From assembly GCA_028826165.1 (NCBI GenBank), contig JAPDFW010000064.1:248001-312000 (forward strand): 64,000 nucleotides of DNA, read 5' to 3'. How positions within the stretch are numbered: the stretch's first letter is position 1; each line of letters starts with the position of its first letter. The DNA comes from Anaeramoeba ignava BMAN (lineage: Eukaryota; Protista; Anaeramoebae). The translations under genes and the position numbers were made by a program. The notes below the pieces were generated by a model. That model was not told the DNA's origin, did no database searches, and was given only the letters and a program-made list of their open reading frames with translations. Positions 1 to 12,732 of the stretch are shown here, piece after piece.

Positions 1-3000
1 ATTGAAAAGGTGCTACTCCATAAAGACGGCGCGCTGCAGACTGGAACATCAACCAACCTGAAATTGACACATCGCTTCCATTCTGGTATGTCAATGAGTA
101 TGTCAACGTCTTGTTCTCAGGATCGTAGAAGGTGTCTAAGTCAATAGTCGCATTCAGCTGCTGCGAGGTGTTGCATGTCAATGTCGGTATAGTTTTGGCA
201 AGCACAGGCGCTTCATTGACAACTTCGACATGGAAATCCACACTTGCTTGATGGCATTGATCTGTGACTGCCAATTTCACGTCAAGAGACCGAAAACAGG
301 TATCCTCTGTAATGTAAGAAGTGAATGTATGGTTATCATTGTTCCAAGTGTACCAACTGGGAAGTGGAACAAGATCTGTTTGGGATGCTGTGTAAGACAG
401 AGTGGAATCTATATCTGCAAAAACGCCACTGACTTGATAAGAATAGAATGTGTAGAGATGGATTTGCTGGTTTTGTATTCCAGATTCGACAGTTGGCGGA
501 TTGTTAATAAGCGTTATCCGGAAAGTGGAATTTGTCAACTGACAGCCATCACTTGCACTGACAGTGACAAGCAGATCCTCCTCACAATCGCTCTGTGGTG
601 GTTCTCCATAGAAAGTTCCATTTGGATCCAGATGAATCCATCCAGGAAGTGCTCCTCCTGCTGCAAGTTGTGCACTGTATGTCAATGTCGCGCCTTCAGG
701 ATCCACAAAGGCGTTTTGTGGTATTTGGAAAGTAAAAGGCGAGAAATCAAGGAATTGATCAAGAATAGTGTAGGCAATGACAGGTCTGTTTTTAATCACA
801 AACGTAAATGTCACTTCTGCAATATCGTTGCAGCTGTCAGATGCAAAAAGACGAACAGGATAAGATCCTTGACAGTAATTAGGGGTAATTCCAGAGAAGT
901 TTCTTTGCGCAGAAGTGAACTGCATCCAGCCAGGAAGTGCGGAATAATTCGACAGTAAAGCTGAATAAGTTCTAGTTTCTGTGCCGGGAAAACTGAAGAC
1001 GTTGCTGTCAAAAATAAAAACAAAGGGTTCATTAGCGAGAAGAGTCTGATCGGGAATGGATTTCTCAGCTTGAGGTGGAGTAAGGAGTGTAATTGTCTGT
1101 CCATAAATGCCTTGAAGAATATTGGTTGTGGAACCGTTGTAGATGTTTTCCCAGAAAACTGTCACCCACGATCCAAAAGGTTCGACAATGACAGGTGTTT
1201 GTTGGGCATATTGTGAGTAAGTGTTAATCTGTATCTCACCACCTACTTTCTGTCCTTGTGTATTGAAAAACTGTCCAAAGATGCCAGTGTCAGATCCATC
1301 TTGAAGCTGACTTTCCCACACAACACCAACACGCGAGTATTCCAGAAAGATCGCCCGCGGATTTGTTTGTGAAAGTTGTGTGTGTGTGTTGACTTGTATC
1401 TCTGTTTTGAATCTTGTTGTATCGGCATTGACAAACTGGGCAAAAACACCAGCTTCTGACAGATCTTGTGACAATGACACATAAGCCACAAAGAAGAAAT
1501 CTTGTCTGGTTCCATAAGTGGCAACGCTCGGCGACTGGTGTGTAAATGACGTGTTGGCATTGACACAAAATTCGCTAAGATATTTCGTTTGATTTTGGAA
1601 AAATATTTGTCCATAAATTTGTGGAATAGTTGGACTTGCTGAACCGATACCTTCCCAGACAACAACAAACTTATCGGTTCCAAACGGTCGCACGCTAGGA
1701 CTTGTTTGGGAACCTTGTGTGTAAGTGTTGACCCCAAATTCCGATCCAACTTTTACTCCTTGCGATGTGTATGTTGCTCCGAAAATTCCAAAACTACTTT
1801 GGTCTTGGCCTTGACTCTCCCATACAACAACAAATCCCCCATTCGGTAGTGGTGCTACATCAGGGTTTTGTTGTGTCCCAGTTGTCTGCTCGTTGATCTG
1901 GAACTCACCTCCAAATTTCTGGCAGTTTGTATCGAATATTTGTCCGTAAATACCAAATTCTGCAGAGTCTTGGCTGTAACTCTCCCACACAATCACAAAT
2001 TTGGTTCCAAATACAGCAATTGCTGGGTTCTGTTGTTTTTCATTCTGTTCTGTGTTTACAAGAAACTCTGCAACTTGTGTTTCTCCATATGTATCTATCA
2101 TTTTTGCATATACGTTCTGGTCAATTGATGTGATATTAATTGCTGTTGAATATGCTACTATGATTCTTGATTCATTAAATTTGGCTGCTGCTGGTTGGAA
2201 TTGTCTTAATCCTAATTCTGGTGTTACTTCGAATTCTGATCCATGAAATGATGTACAATTCGATGCTTTTATTTTATTAATTTATTTATTAATTTATTTA
2301 TTTATTAAATTATTTATTAATTTATTTATTAATTTATTTATTAATTTATTTATTAATTTATTTATTAATTTATTTATTAATTTATTTATTAATTTATTTA
2401 TTAATTTATTTATTAATTTATTTATTAATTTATTTATTAATTTATTTATTAATTTATTTATTAATTTATTTATAAAATTATTTATTAATTTATTTATTAA
2501 TTTATTTTATTAATTTATTTATTAAATTTATTTATTAATTTATTTATTAATTTATTTATTAATTTATTTATTAATTTATTTATTAATTTATTTATCAAAT
2601 TATTTATTAATTTATTTATTAATTTATTTATTAATTTATTTATTAATTTATTTATTAATTTATTTATTAAATTATTAATTAAATTATTTATTAATTTATT
2701 TATACTAAAGTAAAAAAACCGAACCATAGTAAAAAACCCGAACCAAAAAATTTTCATTTTTTTTTTCAATTTCAAAATTTTTGTTATTTTTTTTATGGAA
2801 CAAGAAAGAAAGAACTTTATTAATCAACTTCTCGCCTTAAGAAAAACCAGAAAATTGAATTCAAAACCTGAAAAGGCTGTTTTTATCTATGAAGAATCGA
2901 AAAAGCAAAATTTTCCATTATCAATAAATTTCATCTCCCAAGAGTTGAATATCTCCAGTTCGCAGATAAAACGAGCCCTCAAAGCAAAAAGAGAAGGAAG

Positions 3001-5059
3001 AGAGATAGGTCAAAAGGTTATTACCACCAAAATTAAATCAAAAAGAACAAAAATTAAAACAACAAATTGAAGACTTAACAGACGAGGGAAAATCAATGAC
3101 AATAACAGAAGTATTCAACAGTGCAAATGAAATGATTTCAAAGAGGAAAAATACACAGAGTTAAAAGAAAATGTGGAAATGAATCAAATTCAATCAAAAC
3201 AATGGATTTATTATTTTACTAAAACAAATCAACTTAAAACTGCCACAGCTAAAGAATTGGAAACAAAACGAAGAGAGGTATCAAAAGAAGAAGTTTCATG
3301 TTTCTTTTGCAATTGTCAGAAATCTTCTAGAAAAAATGGATTCTTATCAACCAAGTTTAATCATTAATGCAGATGAAACAATAGTGAAATTAGGAAACAA
3401 AACAAAAGTACAAGTAGTAACTTCAAAAAGAAAAAACTTATAAGAGAAAGAAAACAAATTCAAAAGCATTTGACTGCAATGTGTGGGATTTCAGCAGATG
3501 GAAAATTTTTGAAACCATTAATTGATACTACCAACTAAGACCTTTTATCTAGAGAAACATTTGAGAAGTCACAATCTATATATAGTTTTAATTATCATCA
3601 TGGATCAAAAGGATTCATAAACAGGCCAGTTTTTGAGGATTGGATCAGAGATACATTAATTCCCTTTTGTAATTAAACAAAGAGGAGATTCATCTGAAAG
3701 GGCATTATTAATTCTTGATGGACATGTTAGTCGTGAGAGTGTAATAGCTATTGAGAGTCTCAAAAAATTTATTGATACTATCATTCTTCCAGCACATGTG
3801 TTTCTCATTTACTTCAACCACTTGATGTACTCCCCTTTTTCGACTTTCAAAAGATTATTGGAAAATTATAAAAAAATAAAAAAAGACCTGTAAAAAGAAA
3901 TAGAAAAGAGAAATAAAAACAAAATTGAAAATTGTCTTCATATTGCTTTTTCTCTCCAAAGATCTGTTCGTCAAGCTTTTTCAAAGAAAGAATTTTTCCA
4001 AAAGAAGAAGAAGAGAAAATAATTTTTAAAAAATGAATGAATTGATAAAAATAAAAAGAAAAAAATTAAAATAAAATTTCCCCTTTGTTTTTCTTCATTG
4101 ATATCAGTAATAGTTTATTGACAGATGGTTTAGTCATTGAAAAATTATTAGAAAGACAAAAAAAACTTCAAACCAAAAAGAATTCTCCAAAAAAAAGAAG
4201 AATATCAAAAAAAAAAAGAAAATCAAAATCAAAAAAATAAATCAAATCAAAAAGAACTTTTTTTTCTTTTTTTATTTTGGTTCGGGTTTTTTACGATGGT
4301 TCGGTTTTTTTACTTTAGTATATTAAATTATTTATTGATTTATTTATTAAATTATTTATTGATTTATTTATTAATTTATTTATTAAATTTATTAATTTAT
4401 TTATTTATTTATTAATTTATTTATTAATTTATTTATTAATTTATTTATTAATTTATTTATCAAATTATTTATTAATTTATTTATTAAATTTATTTATTAA
4501 TTTATTTATTTATTTATTTATTAATTTATTAATTTATTTATTAATTTATTTATTTATTAATTTATAAATTTATTTATTAATTTATTTATTAATTTATTTA
4601 TTAATTTATTTATTAATTTATTTATTAAATTATTTATTAAATTATTTATTAATTTATTTATTAAATTATTTATTAATTTATTTATTAAATTATGGTTTGA
4701 TTTTGTTGTATTTCAATCTAAATAAAATAATCAATAAATAAATTTTTTTTTCTTTTGTTTTTTGATTCCAGTTGTCAAAAAAAAAGATTTTTTAATTTCT
4801 CTTTCTTTTTTCTGTATTTATTTGTGTTTGTTTTTTTACTAGCAGTTGGCAAAGAAGAAATGAATTTTTCTTCTATATTCAATTTTGGTAAATTAAAGCA
4901 ATTAACAAAATGGAATTGGAAAATTATAAAAACAATAAAGAAAAAAGACCTGTAAAAAGAAATAGAAAGAGAAATAAAAAAAAACAAAACAAGAAAATAA
5001 AGAAAATTGTGATGAAAAAAAAAAACAATTTAATAGGAAAAAATTTACCTTAAATTCAT
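1..5059 (-). CDS. Large secreted/surface protein (3' partial): signal peptide + bacterial-type beta-propeller repeats + tandem dystroglycan-type cadherin-like (CADG/He_PIG) domains
   Basis: Manual translation: exon 2265..1 is open throughout. About 6 repeats like EFQINEQTTGTQQNPDVAPLPNGGFVVVWESQGQD..GIFG are followed by ~4 repeats like FTFQIPQNAFVDPEGATLTYSAQLAAGGALPGWI. Putative exons 5059..5049 and 4949..4840 give the signal-like MNLRSFFFIVFIIFQFHFVNC; GT-AG introns 5048..4950 and 4839..2266 are phase-compatible. The upstream exons are less certain than the main exon. Confidence 0.85.
2275..2700. repeat. (TTTATTAATTTA)n 12-mer intronic tandem repeat, left of the transposon
   Basis: Directly visible; resumes at 4323-4690 after the transposon. 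Confidence 0.9.
2703..4320 (+). mobile_element. pogo/Fot1-like (Tc1-mariner superfamily) DNA transposon, ~1.62 kb, within an intron
   Basis: ~46-bp TIRs TACTAAAGTAAAAAAACCGAACCAT(A/C)GTAAAAAACCCGAACCAAAA at ~2703-2748 and ~4275-4320 (1 mismatch). Flanked by TA at 2701-2702 and 4321-4322; the boundary is ambiguous by 2 nt. Internal DDE_1 transposase remnants. Confidence 0.92.
2795..4240 (+). pseudogene. Frameshifted DDE_1 (pogo-type) transposase
   Basis: N-terminal HTH-like ORF 2795-3070, then motifs IINADET (~3360), LILDGHVSR (~3708) and ILPAH..SHLLQPLDV (~3783-3830) in shifting frames; basic C-terminal tail. Confidence 0.85.
4323..4690. repeat. (TTTATTAATTTA)n intronic tandem repeat, right of the transposon
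   Basis: Same unit as 2275-2700. Confidence 0.9.
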
Positions 5060-5324
5060 AAAAGAAATTGTTTTAAACAAAAGAAGAAAAAATGATTAAA
5101 TAATTTTTTTAAAAAAAATTTTTTTATTAATAAAAAAAAAAATAAAAAAAGAAAAGAATTAAAATAAAATTTTCTTTTGTTTTTCTTCATAAAATTGTTC
5201 TGAATTTCTTTTTGTTTTCTTTTCTACTTTTTACTCTTTTTATCTTTTTTATTTTATATTGAAAAAATTTTCGAAATAAAAAAGTAGAATCCAAAAAACC
5301 ATTTTTGGAATATTCAGTTTTGAA

Positions 5325-5815
5325 TATAAAATTAATATAAAATTGATTTAAAATTGATATAAAATTAATATAAAATTGATTTAAAATTGATATAAAATTG
5401 ATTTAAAATTAATTTAAAATTAATATAAAATTAATATAAAATTAATATAAAATTAATATAAAATTAATATAAAATTGATATAAAATTGATTTAAAATTGA
5501 TATAAAATTAATATAAAATTAATTTAAAATTAATATAAAATTAATATAAAATTAATTTAAAATTAATATAAAATTAATATAAAATTAATATAAAATTAAT
5601 ATAAAATTGATATAAAATTAATTTAAAATTGATATAAAATTAATATAAAATTGATATAAAATTAATATAAAATTAATATAAAATTAATATAAAATTGATA
5701 TAAAATTAATATAAAATTAATATAAAATTGATTTAAAATTGATATAAAATTAATATAAAATTAATATAAAATTGATATAAAATTGATTTAAAATTAATAT
5801 AAAATTGATTTAAAT
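5325..5815. repeat. 11-mer tandem repeat (AAATTRATWTA)n
   Basis: Directly visible intergenic array. Confidence 0.9.
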
Positions 5816-7568
5816 TTAGTTTTGATTTGAATTTTCATTTGAATTTTCATTTGAATTTTGTTTTGAATTTTGATTTAAATTTTCATTTGAATTTTGTTTT
5901 GGATTTTGATTTGAATTTTGATTTGAATTTTCATTTAAATTTTCATTTAAATTTTCATTTGAATTTTGTTTTGGATTTTCATTTGAATTTTCATTTGAAT
6001 TTTCATTTGAATTTTCATTTGGATTTTCATTTGAATTTTCATTTGAATTTTCGATTTGAATTTTGTTTTGCTTCTTCCTCTTCCAACTTTTGAAGAATTG
6101 TTTCAACAAGATTCATATCTAAAAATTTTGATAAATCAATTACATGACTCATACTCTTAAGATATCTAATATTCTCAGCAAATGATTGTGTTTTAATTTC
6201 TGCAAATTTTTGCTTTTTCTCATCTTCTCCTATTTTTAACATTCCAGTATCTTTATTTTCTCCTTTAGAATCTAATTGTAAATTTTGCAAGGAATCAATA
6301 AAATTTTCTAAATCTTTTGGAATAAGATCAGGATCTGGCTTAGGAAGTTTTAATTCTTTAAGGGAATCAATATCTGTTTGTGTAAGTTTTTGCTCTTGGA
6401 AAATATCTTGATTTTTTGAATTTTTTTGAAATTCTTGTTCTCTGAGTTCAGAATCATGTTTCAAAATTGAACTAATTTCATTTGCTTTGTCGACAAAATC
6501 TTGAGGTTTTAATTTCTCTTTTTCTTTCTCTTTTTCTTTCTCTTCTTCTTTCTCTTTCTTGTTTTCTTGTGTTTTTTTTGGTAAAGGTGAAGAAAATAAA
6601 TTTCTTAAATTTTTTTGAAATGATTGATCCATTGCCATTGGCTTTTTCCTTTTTTTTTCTGTGTATTTTTCATATTTCAAATTCAAATCTTCATCTGCTT
6701 CCTTTATTTCATCAAATATCTTCACCCTCTTTTGTAAATCATCATTCCCAATATTCGAAAAAACATTAAATATTTCACTCATTAAATTTCGTTCTTTTTT
6801 GAGCTTCTGTTTGATAAAAATCGTTGCTGAAAAAAAAATTACAAAAAAAGTGAAGCAGACTTTCAGAACAAATCTATCAAGAGATTCAAACTTCCAAAAA
6901 TATCCCACAAAATATAAAACTTCATACAGAAGAAAAGTGGGTAAAAGTAGCAAACCTGCAATAACCCAAATAGATAGATTGATATTCCACAAGAAAGACC
7001 GTTTTTTTTTCACTTTTAAATTATCATCTAGTTTATTTGCAAGTTTCTTCAGCGTTAATAGGTTTTTGTCTTCCGTCTTGGAAAGCTGGCTGAAATGCTC
7101 TGATATCTTTTGGTGATTAGCAATATTTTTTTCGAAATAATTATTCTTGCTTTCAACAATGAGAACAGAAAGAAAAAGATGAGAAAGGAAATATCGTTGG
7201 GATTGTTTGCGCGGTATATCTTTAGCATCAACATTTTTTTTTGTGTAAAGCTTATTGTGAATTGATTCGATCTCTTCGAAAATCGATTTGGTAATTTCTG
7301 GAAGTCTGTCTAGATAACTGAAAATCTTTCCAGATCGTTTCATAATATGGGTAGCTAATATTATAACAATATTTTTAAATTCATTGTTAATAGCTAAAGG
7401 AAGGATTCGATCCATAACTTCAATTTTTTCAGAAACTTGAATCTTTTTCTTTTTAATTAAAAGTTGGGAATATAACGCTTTTAAACCAAATTTTTTCTTT
7501 TCGTTTTTTTCAGAGATGATAAATTTTAAAATTTTTGAATATAATTCTGAATCAATTTCTTTGTTCAT
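5816..7568 (-). CDS. Uncharacterised protein with two central TM helices and a C-terminal (NENS/NQNS)n tail; +1 frameshift near 6052
   Basis: 509-aa ORF 7568..6039 with hydrophobic segments at ~aa 195-255; the Asn-rich tail continues in ORF 6109..5816. Confidence 0.7.
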
Positions 7569-7771
7569 AAAAATAAAGAGAAAGAAAAGAAGAAAAATGA
7601 ATTTTGGAAAAAGTGAAAAAAAAAAAGTATTTGTTTGTAATTTTGCTCTAATTTTCTATTTATTTTTAATATTATTATTTTTATTATTATTATTATTTTT
7701 TTTGTATTTTATTTAGTGATTTCTTAGGGTTTTAAATGAAGAAATTTTATTGTCAAGAAATCAAGATCAAT

Positions 7772-10700
7772 TTAAAACCGCCAAATTTTAAGGATCCGAT
7801 CTTTTCCACCAGTTGCAACACGTTGACCATCAGGAGACCAATCAACAGAATAAACCTCATCGGAATGGCCAGGAAGATCATTTAGCAGTTTTTTGGATTT
7901 AATATCCCAAACTTTTGCTGTGCTATCTTTACTACCGCTAACAAGCAAACGGGAGTCTGATGAAAAACTGATTTGATAGACAGCTCCAACATGACCAAAT
8001 AATGTTCCGATGAAATCTCCTTTGTTTCCATCCCACAACTTGATGGATTTATCAAAGGAAGCGCTTGCAATAATTCTCATGTCTGGAGAAAAACAAACTT
8101 GGTTTATTAGTTGTCGATGTCCTGTCATTCTTGCAACTTGTTTGTTGTTTACAGTCGGATCCCAAAGAATTAGTGTGAAATCATCTGATCCTGTGACTAA
8201 TTTCTCAGTTCTATTTCCCTTAGTTGATTGATATTTTTCAATAGCTAATTTTTTAGCTAAAAGTGAAAAATGATCAAAAAAAAGAAAAATTGAAGAAAAT
8301 TAGATTAAATTTAAAAAAAAAAATAATTCTATTTGCCAGAAAAAAAGATCCAAAAAAATTTACATTCTTCTTCAGAAAGAGAATCAACTTGAAATGTTTT
8401 ATGATCAAAAGGTCCTGTTCTTATAATATAATCAGTATTCAATGCCATTGTATTTACCCAATGACCATGACCTTCCAAAGAACGAACTAATCTACCATCT
8501 TTAGCTGACCAAACTTTGATTGTGCAATCTTGAGAAGAAGTATAAATAAAACCTGTCAAAAAAAAAAGGAGAATTTTAATTTTCCCAATTTTGCTTTTTC
8601 GCATTTCTTTTTTATTTATAAATTACCTTCACCTCCCCATTTAACGCAAGTGACAGATTTTGTATGACCTGATAATAATAAATCGCATGTTGAATTAACA
8701 GTGTCCCAAACTCTTGATGTTCCATCTTTAGATGAACTAACTAATCTTCTACAAGTTGGATCGCAATGAAAAGGTTCCCAAGATAAGCAAGTAATCCATT
8801 TAGAGTGACCAGTAAGTGTTTTTCCAATTTTTTCTCCTGTTTCAACTGACCAAATTATAATATCACCTGACATTCCACCAGAAGCTAATTTCTTTCCATC
8901 AGGAGAAAAGGATACATATAATACCTGAAAATAAAAATAAATATATAAATAAATATATAAATAAATATATAAATAAATATATAAATAAATTTATAAATAA
9001 ATATATAAATAAATATATAAATAAATATATAAATAAATATATAAATAAATATATAAATAAATATATAAATAAATAAATAAATAAATATATAATAAATATA
9101 TAAACAAATTTATAAATAAATATATAAATAAATAAATAAATAAATATATAACATATATATAAACAAATATATAAAATAAATATATAAATAAATAATAAAC
9201 AAAATATATAAATAAATATATAAAAATAACATAAAATAAATTATATAAATAAATAAATATATAAATAAAAATATAAACAAATACAACAAAAATATAAAAA
9301 ATATATAAATAAAAATAAAAAATATAAAATAATATATAAATATAAATACAACATAGTAAATAAATTATAATAAAAAAAATAAAACAAAAATAAATAAACA
9401 AATATTTCTAATTAAAAATATATAAACAAAATATATAAACAAATTTAAACAATTAAACATATAAAAAAAATATATAACATATGGAAATATATAAAACAAA
9501 TATAAAAATAAATAAACAAATAAAAATATAAAAACAAACATATATAAACAAATAAATAAAAAATAAACATATAAATAAAATAAATAAATAAAATATAAAA
9601 TGAACATATAAACAAATATTATAAATAAACATAAAATAAACAAACATATAAAAAATATATAAATAAACATATATAAACAAATATAAATAAACATATAAAA
9701 AATATATAAAACAAAATATAAATAAAATATAATAAAAAATAAAATACATAAATAAACAAATAAATAAAAAAAAAATAAAAAACATATAAATAAATATATA
9801 AATAAATATATATAAATAAATATAAATAAACAAATAAATAAAAAAATACAAAAACAAATATATAAAAACAAATATAAAAAACATATATAAACAAATATAT
9901 AAATAAACAAATATAAACAACATATACAACAAATAAATAAATAAATAAATAAATAAACATATATAAACAAAATAAACAAACAAATAAAATAAAATAAATA
10001 AATTAAAATCAACCAAAATAAATAAACATATAAATAAAAACAAATAAATAAAATATAAACAAATAAAAATACATAGAAACAAAATAAATAAAATGTAAAC
10101 ATAAATAAAAAAAAAAATAAAAAAATAAACATAAACATAAATAAACATATAAATAAAAATAAAATAAACATATAAAATAAAATATATAAACAAAATAAAT
10201 AAATATACAACAATAAAATATATAATAAATAAATATAAATAAAATATAAAAAATATATAAAATAAATATAAATAAATATATAAACAAAATAAATAATAAA
10301 CAAAATATATAAAATAAACATATATATAACAAAATAAATAAAAATAAATATAAAATAAATAAACATAATAAATAAAACAAATAAATAAATAAACAAATAA
10401 ATAAACAAAAATATAAAAATAAAATATATAAACAAATATAAAATAATATAATAAATAAATATATAAAAATAAATATATAAACAAAAATATAAATAAAACA
10501 TATAAAATAAATATATAAATAAATATATAAATAAATATATAAATAAATATATAAATAAATATATAAATAAATATATAAATAAATATATAAATAAAATAAA
10601 TAAAATAAAATATAATATAAATAAAATATATAAAAATAAATATATAAATAAATATATAAATAAATATATAAATAAATATATAAATAAATATATAAATAAA

Positions 10701-11536
10701 TATATAAATAAATATATAAATAAATATATAAATAAATATATAAATAAATATATAAATAAATATATAAATAAATATATAAATAAATATATAAATAAATATA
10801 TAAATAAATATATAAATAAATATATAAATAAATATATAAATAAATATATATATAAATATATAAATAAATTTCTAATTAAATTCTTTTTAAATTTCTAAAT
10901 AAATTCTTTTTAAATTCTTTTTAAATTTCTAATTAAATTTCTAAATAAATTCTTTTTAAATTCTTTTTAAATTTCTAATTAAATTTCTAAATAAATCCTT
11001 TTGAATTAGCAAAACAAACCCAATTAGAATGACCTTCTAAAGTTTTTTTGGGAGTTTCTGTATTCAAATCCCAAAGTCTAACAGTAGAATCACCTGAACC
11101 ACTTGCTAATTGTTTGCCATTTGGACTAAAATTAACATTTAAAATAGCTTCAGTATGACCTGCTAAAGAACTAGTACATCTACTTACTGCTCTAACTCGA
11201 AAAATTGCTTGAGGCTGATAAATAATAGTTAAAACTTGTTCTGTAGATGTTTTTTGTTCCTCCATTGTTTTAAGTAATGTGTCAGTAATCTCTGTATCAT
11301 TAACATAAAATGAATACGGGATTTCTTCTTCCTATTTAAATTAAAAATATAATTTCAAATACAAATTGTTTTGTTAAAAAGTTTTTTTTTCTTTTTCTTT
11401 TTCTTTTTACATTTTTTAATAATTCATTTATTAATATTTGTAATTGAGAAATTGTAATATTTTTCGGTATTTCAAGTTCTGGTCCTGTTTTCTCATTATC
11501 TATAGTTTGAAATTGACAAATAATTGTTTCAGTCAT
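7772..11536 (-). CDS. NLE1: Notchless/Rsa4 ribosome assembly WD40 protein, 5 exons
   Basis: NLE domain (QLQILINELLKN/EEEIPYSFYVND, IIYQPQAIFRVRAVSRCTSSLAGH) plus WD40 repeats. Four GT-AG introns, including a ~2.1-kb one at ~11019..8926. Confidence 0.95.
8930..10990. repeat. (ATAAATAAATAT)n microsatellite filling NLE1 intron 2, with a degenerate centre
   Basis: Pure repeat at both flanks; irregular A/T/C sequence at ~9100-10500. Confidence 0.85.
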
Positions 11537-11679
11537 TTAATTTTTAATTTTTAATTTTTTAATTATAATTTTTTATATAAAACAAAAGGAAAAAAAAAAT
11601 AAAAATAAAAAATAAAAATAAATTTTTTTTCATTTTTTCATTCATTTTTAAAAAATAAAAAAAACAAAAGAAAAGAAAA

Positions 11680-12378
11680 ATGGAAAATAAAACTAAACGT
11701 GCTTTTATTATTGTTGATGTTCAAAATGATTTCATTGAAGGAGGATCACTTGTAAATTTTATTTAATCCAATTTTAAAAATTAAAAATTAAAATTTAAAA
11801 TTTAAAATTAAAATTAAAAGGCTGTTCCAAAAGGAAGTGAAGTTGTTCCTGTTATCAATTCTATTAGAAAGAAAAACAAATTTGATTTAATTGTGTTAAC
11901 TCAAGATTGGCATCCTTCAGATCACTCTTCTTTTGCAGTAAACAATAACGCTGAACTTTTTTCAGTTAAAGAATTAGAAACAGGACCTCAAGTTATGTGG
12001 CCAGTTCATTGTGTTCAAAATACTGAAGGAGCAAAATTTGTTTCTAATTTGGTTCACGAAGAAAGTGACATTGTTGTTCAAAAAGGTAAAAATACAAAAG
12101 TTGATAGTTATTCAGGATTTTGGGATAATAACAAAGCTCAAAAAACTGATCTCGAAGATATCCTTAAACAAAACAATATCACTGATACTTATATTTGTGG
12201 TCTTGCTTATGATTATTGTGTTTCTTTTACTGCTGTTGATAGTGCTGAATGTGGTTTTAAGACTTTCTTTATTGAAGATGCTACAAGAGGTTTACAAGAA
12301 GAAACAATGCTCAAAGCAAAAGAAAAAATGGAAAAAGTTGGAGTAAAGTTACTCAAATCAACTGATTTGGATTTCTAA
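11680..12378 (+). CDS. PNC1: Nicotinamidase/pyrazinamidase, copy a (intron 11752-11820)
   Basis: IVDVQNDFIEGGSLAV, TQDWHP..H, WPVHCVQ, KG, DSYSGF, GLAYDYCV; Asp-Lys-Cys triad intact. Confidence 0.95.
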
Positions 12379-12732
12379 TCAATTCTTTTTTTCCTTCTTT
12401 CAATTCCCTTTTTTTTTTTCTCTTTTCAATTCCCCTTTTTTTTTCAACAATAAAAACCAAAATTCTTCTTTATTTGATTTTAATTTTAATTTTAATTTTA
12501 ATTTTAATTTTAATTTTAATTTTGATTTTAATTTTAATTTTAATTTTAATTTTAATTTTAATTTTAATTTTAATTTTAATTTTAATTTTGATTATTAATT
12601 TTGATTATTAATTTTGTTAATTTTAATTTTAATTTTAATCTTGATTTTAATTTTAATTTTAATTTTAATTTTAATTTTAATTTTAATTTTGATTTTGATT
12701 ATTAATTTTAATTTTAATTTTAATTTTTAATT

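Noticed and set aside
230-2246. Listed ORFs on both strands (e.g. 230..958 +)
   Set aside because: Shadow frames of the single minus-strand exon 2265..1.
1-2265. Bacterial contamination of the GC-richer window ends
   Set aside because: Both edge genes have host-style upstream context and N-glycosylation sequons, and the left one has spliceosomal introns; similar GC rises occur inside transportin.
8991-10501. Long F/I/Y/L-rich ORFs (up to 378 aa) in several frames
   Set aside because: Translation of an intronic microsatellite that is stop-free for compositional reasons; the degenerate centre may be consensus noise.
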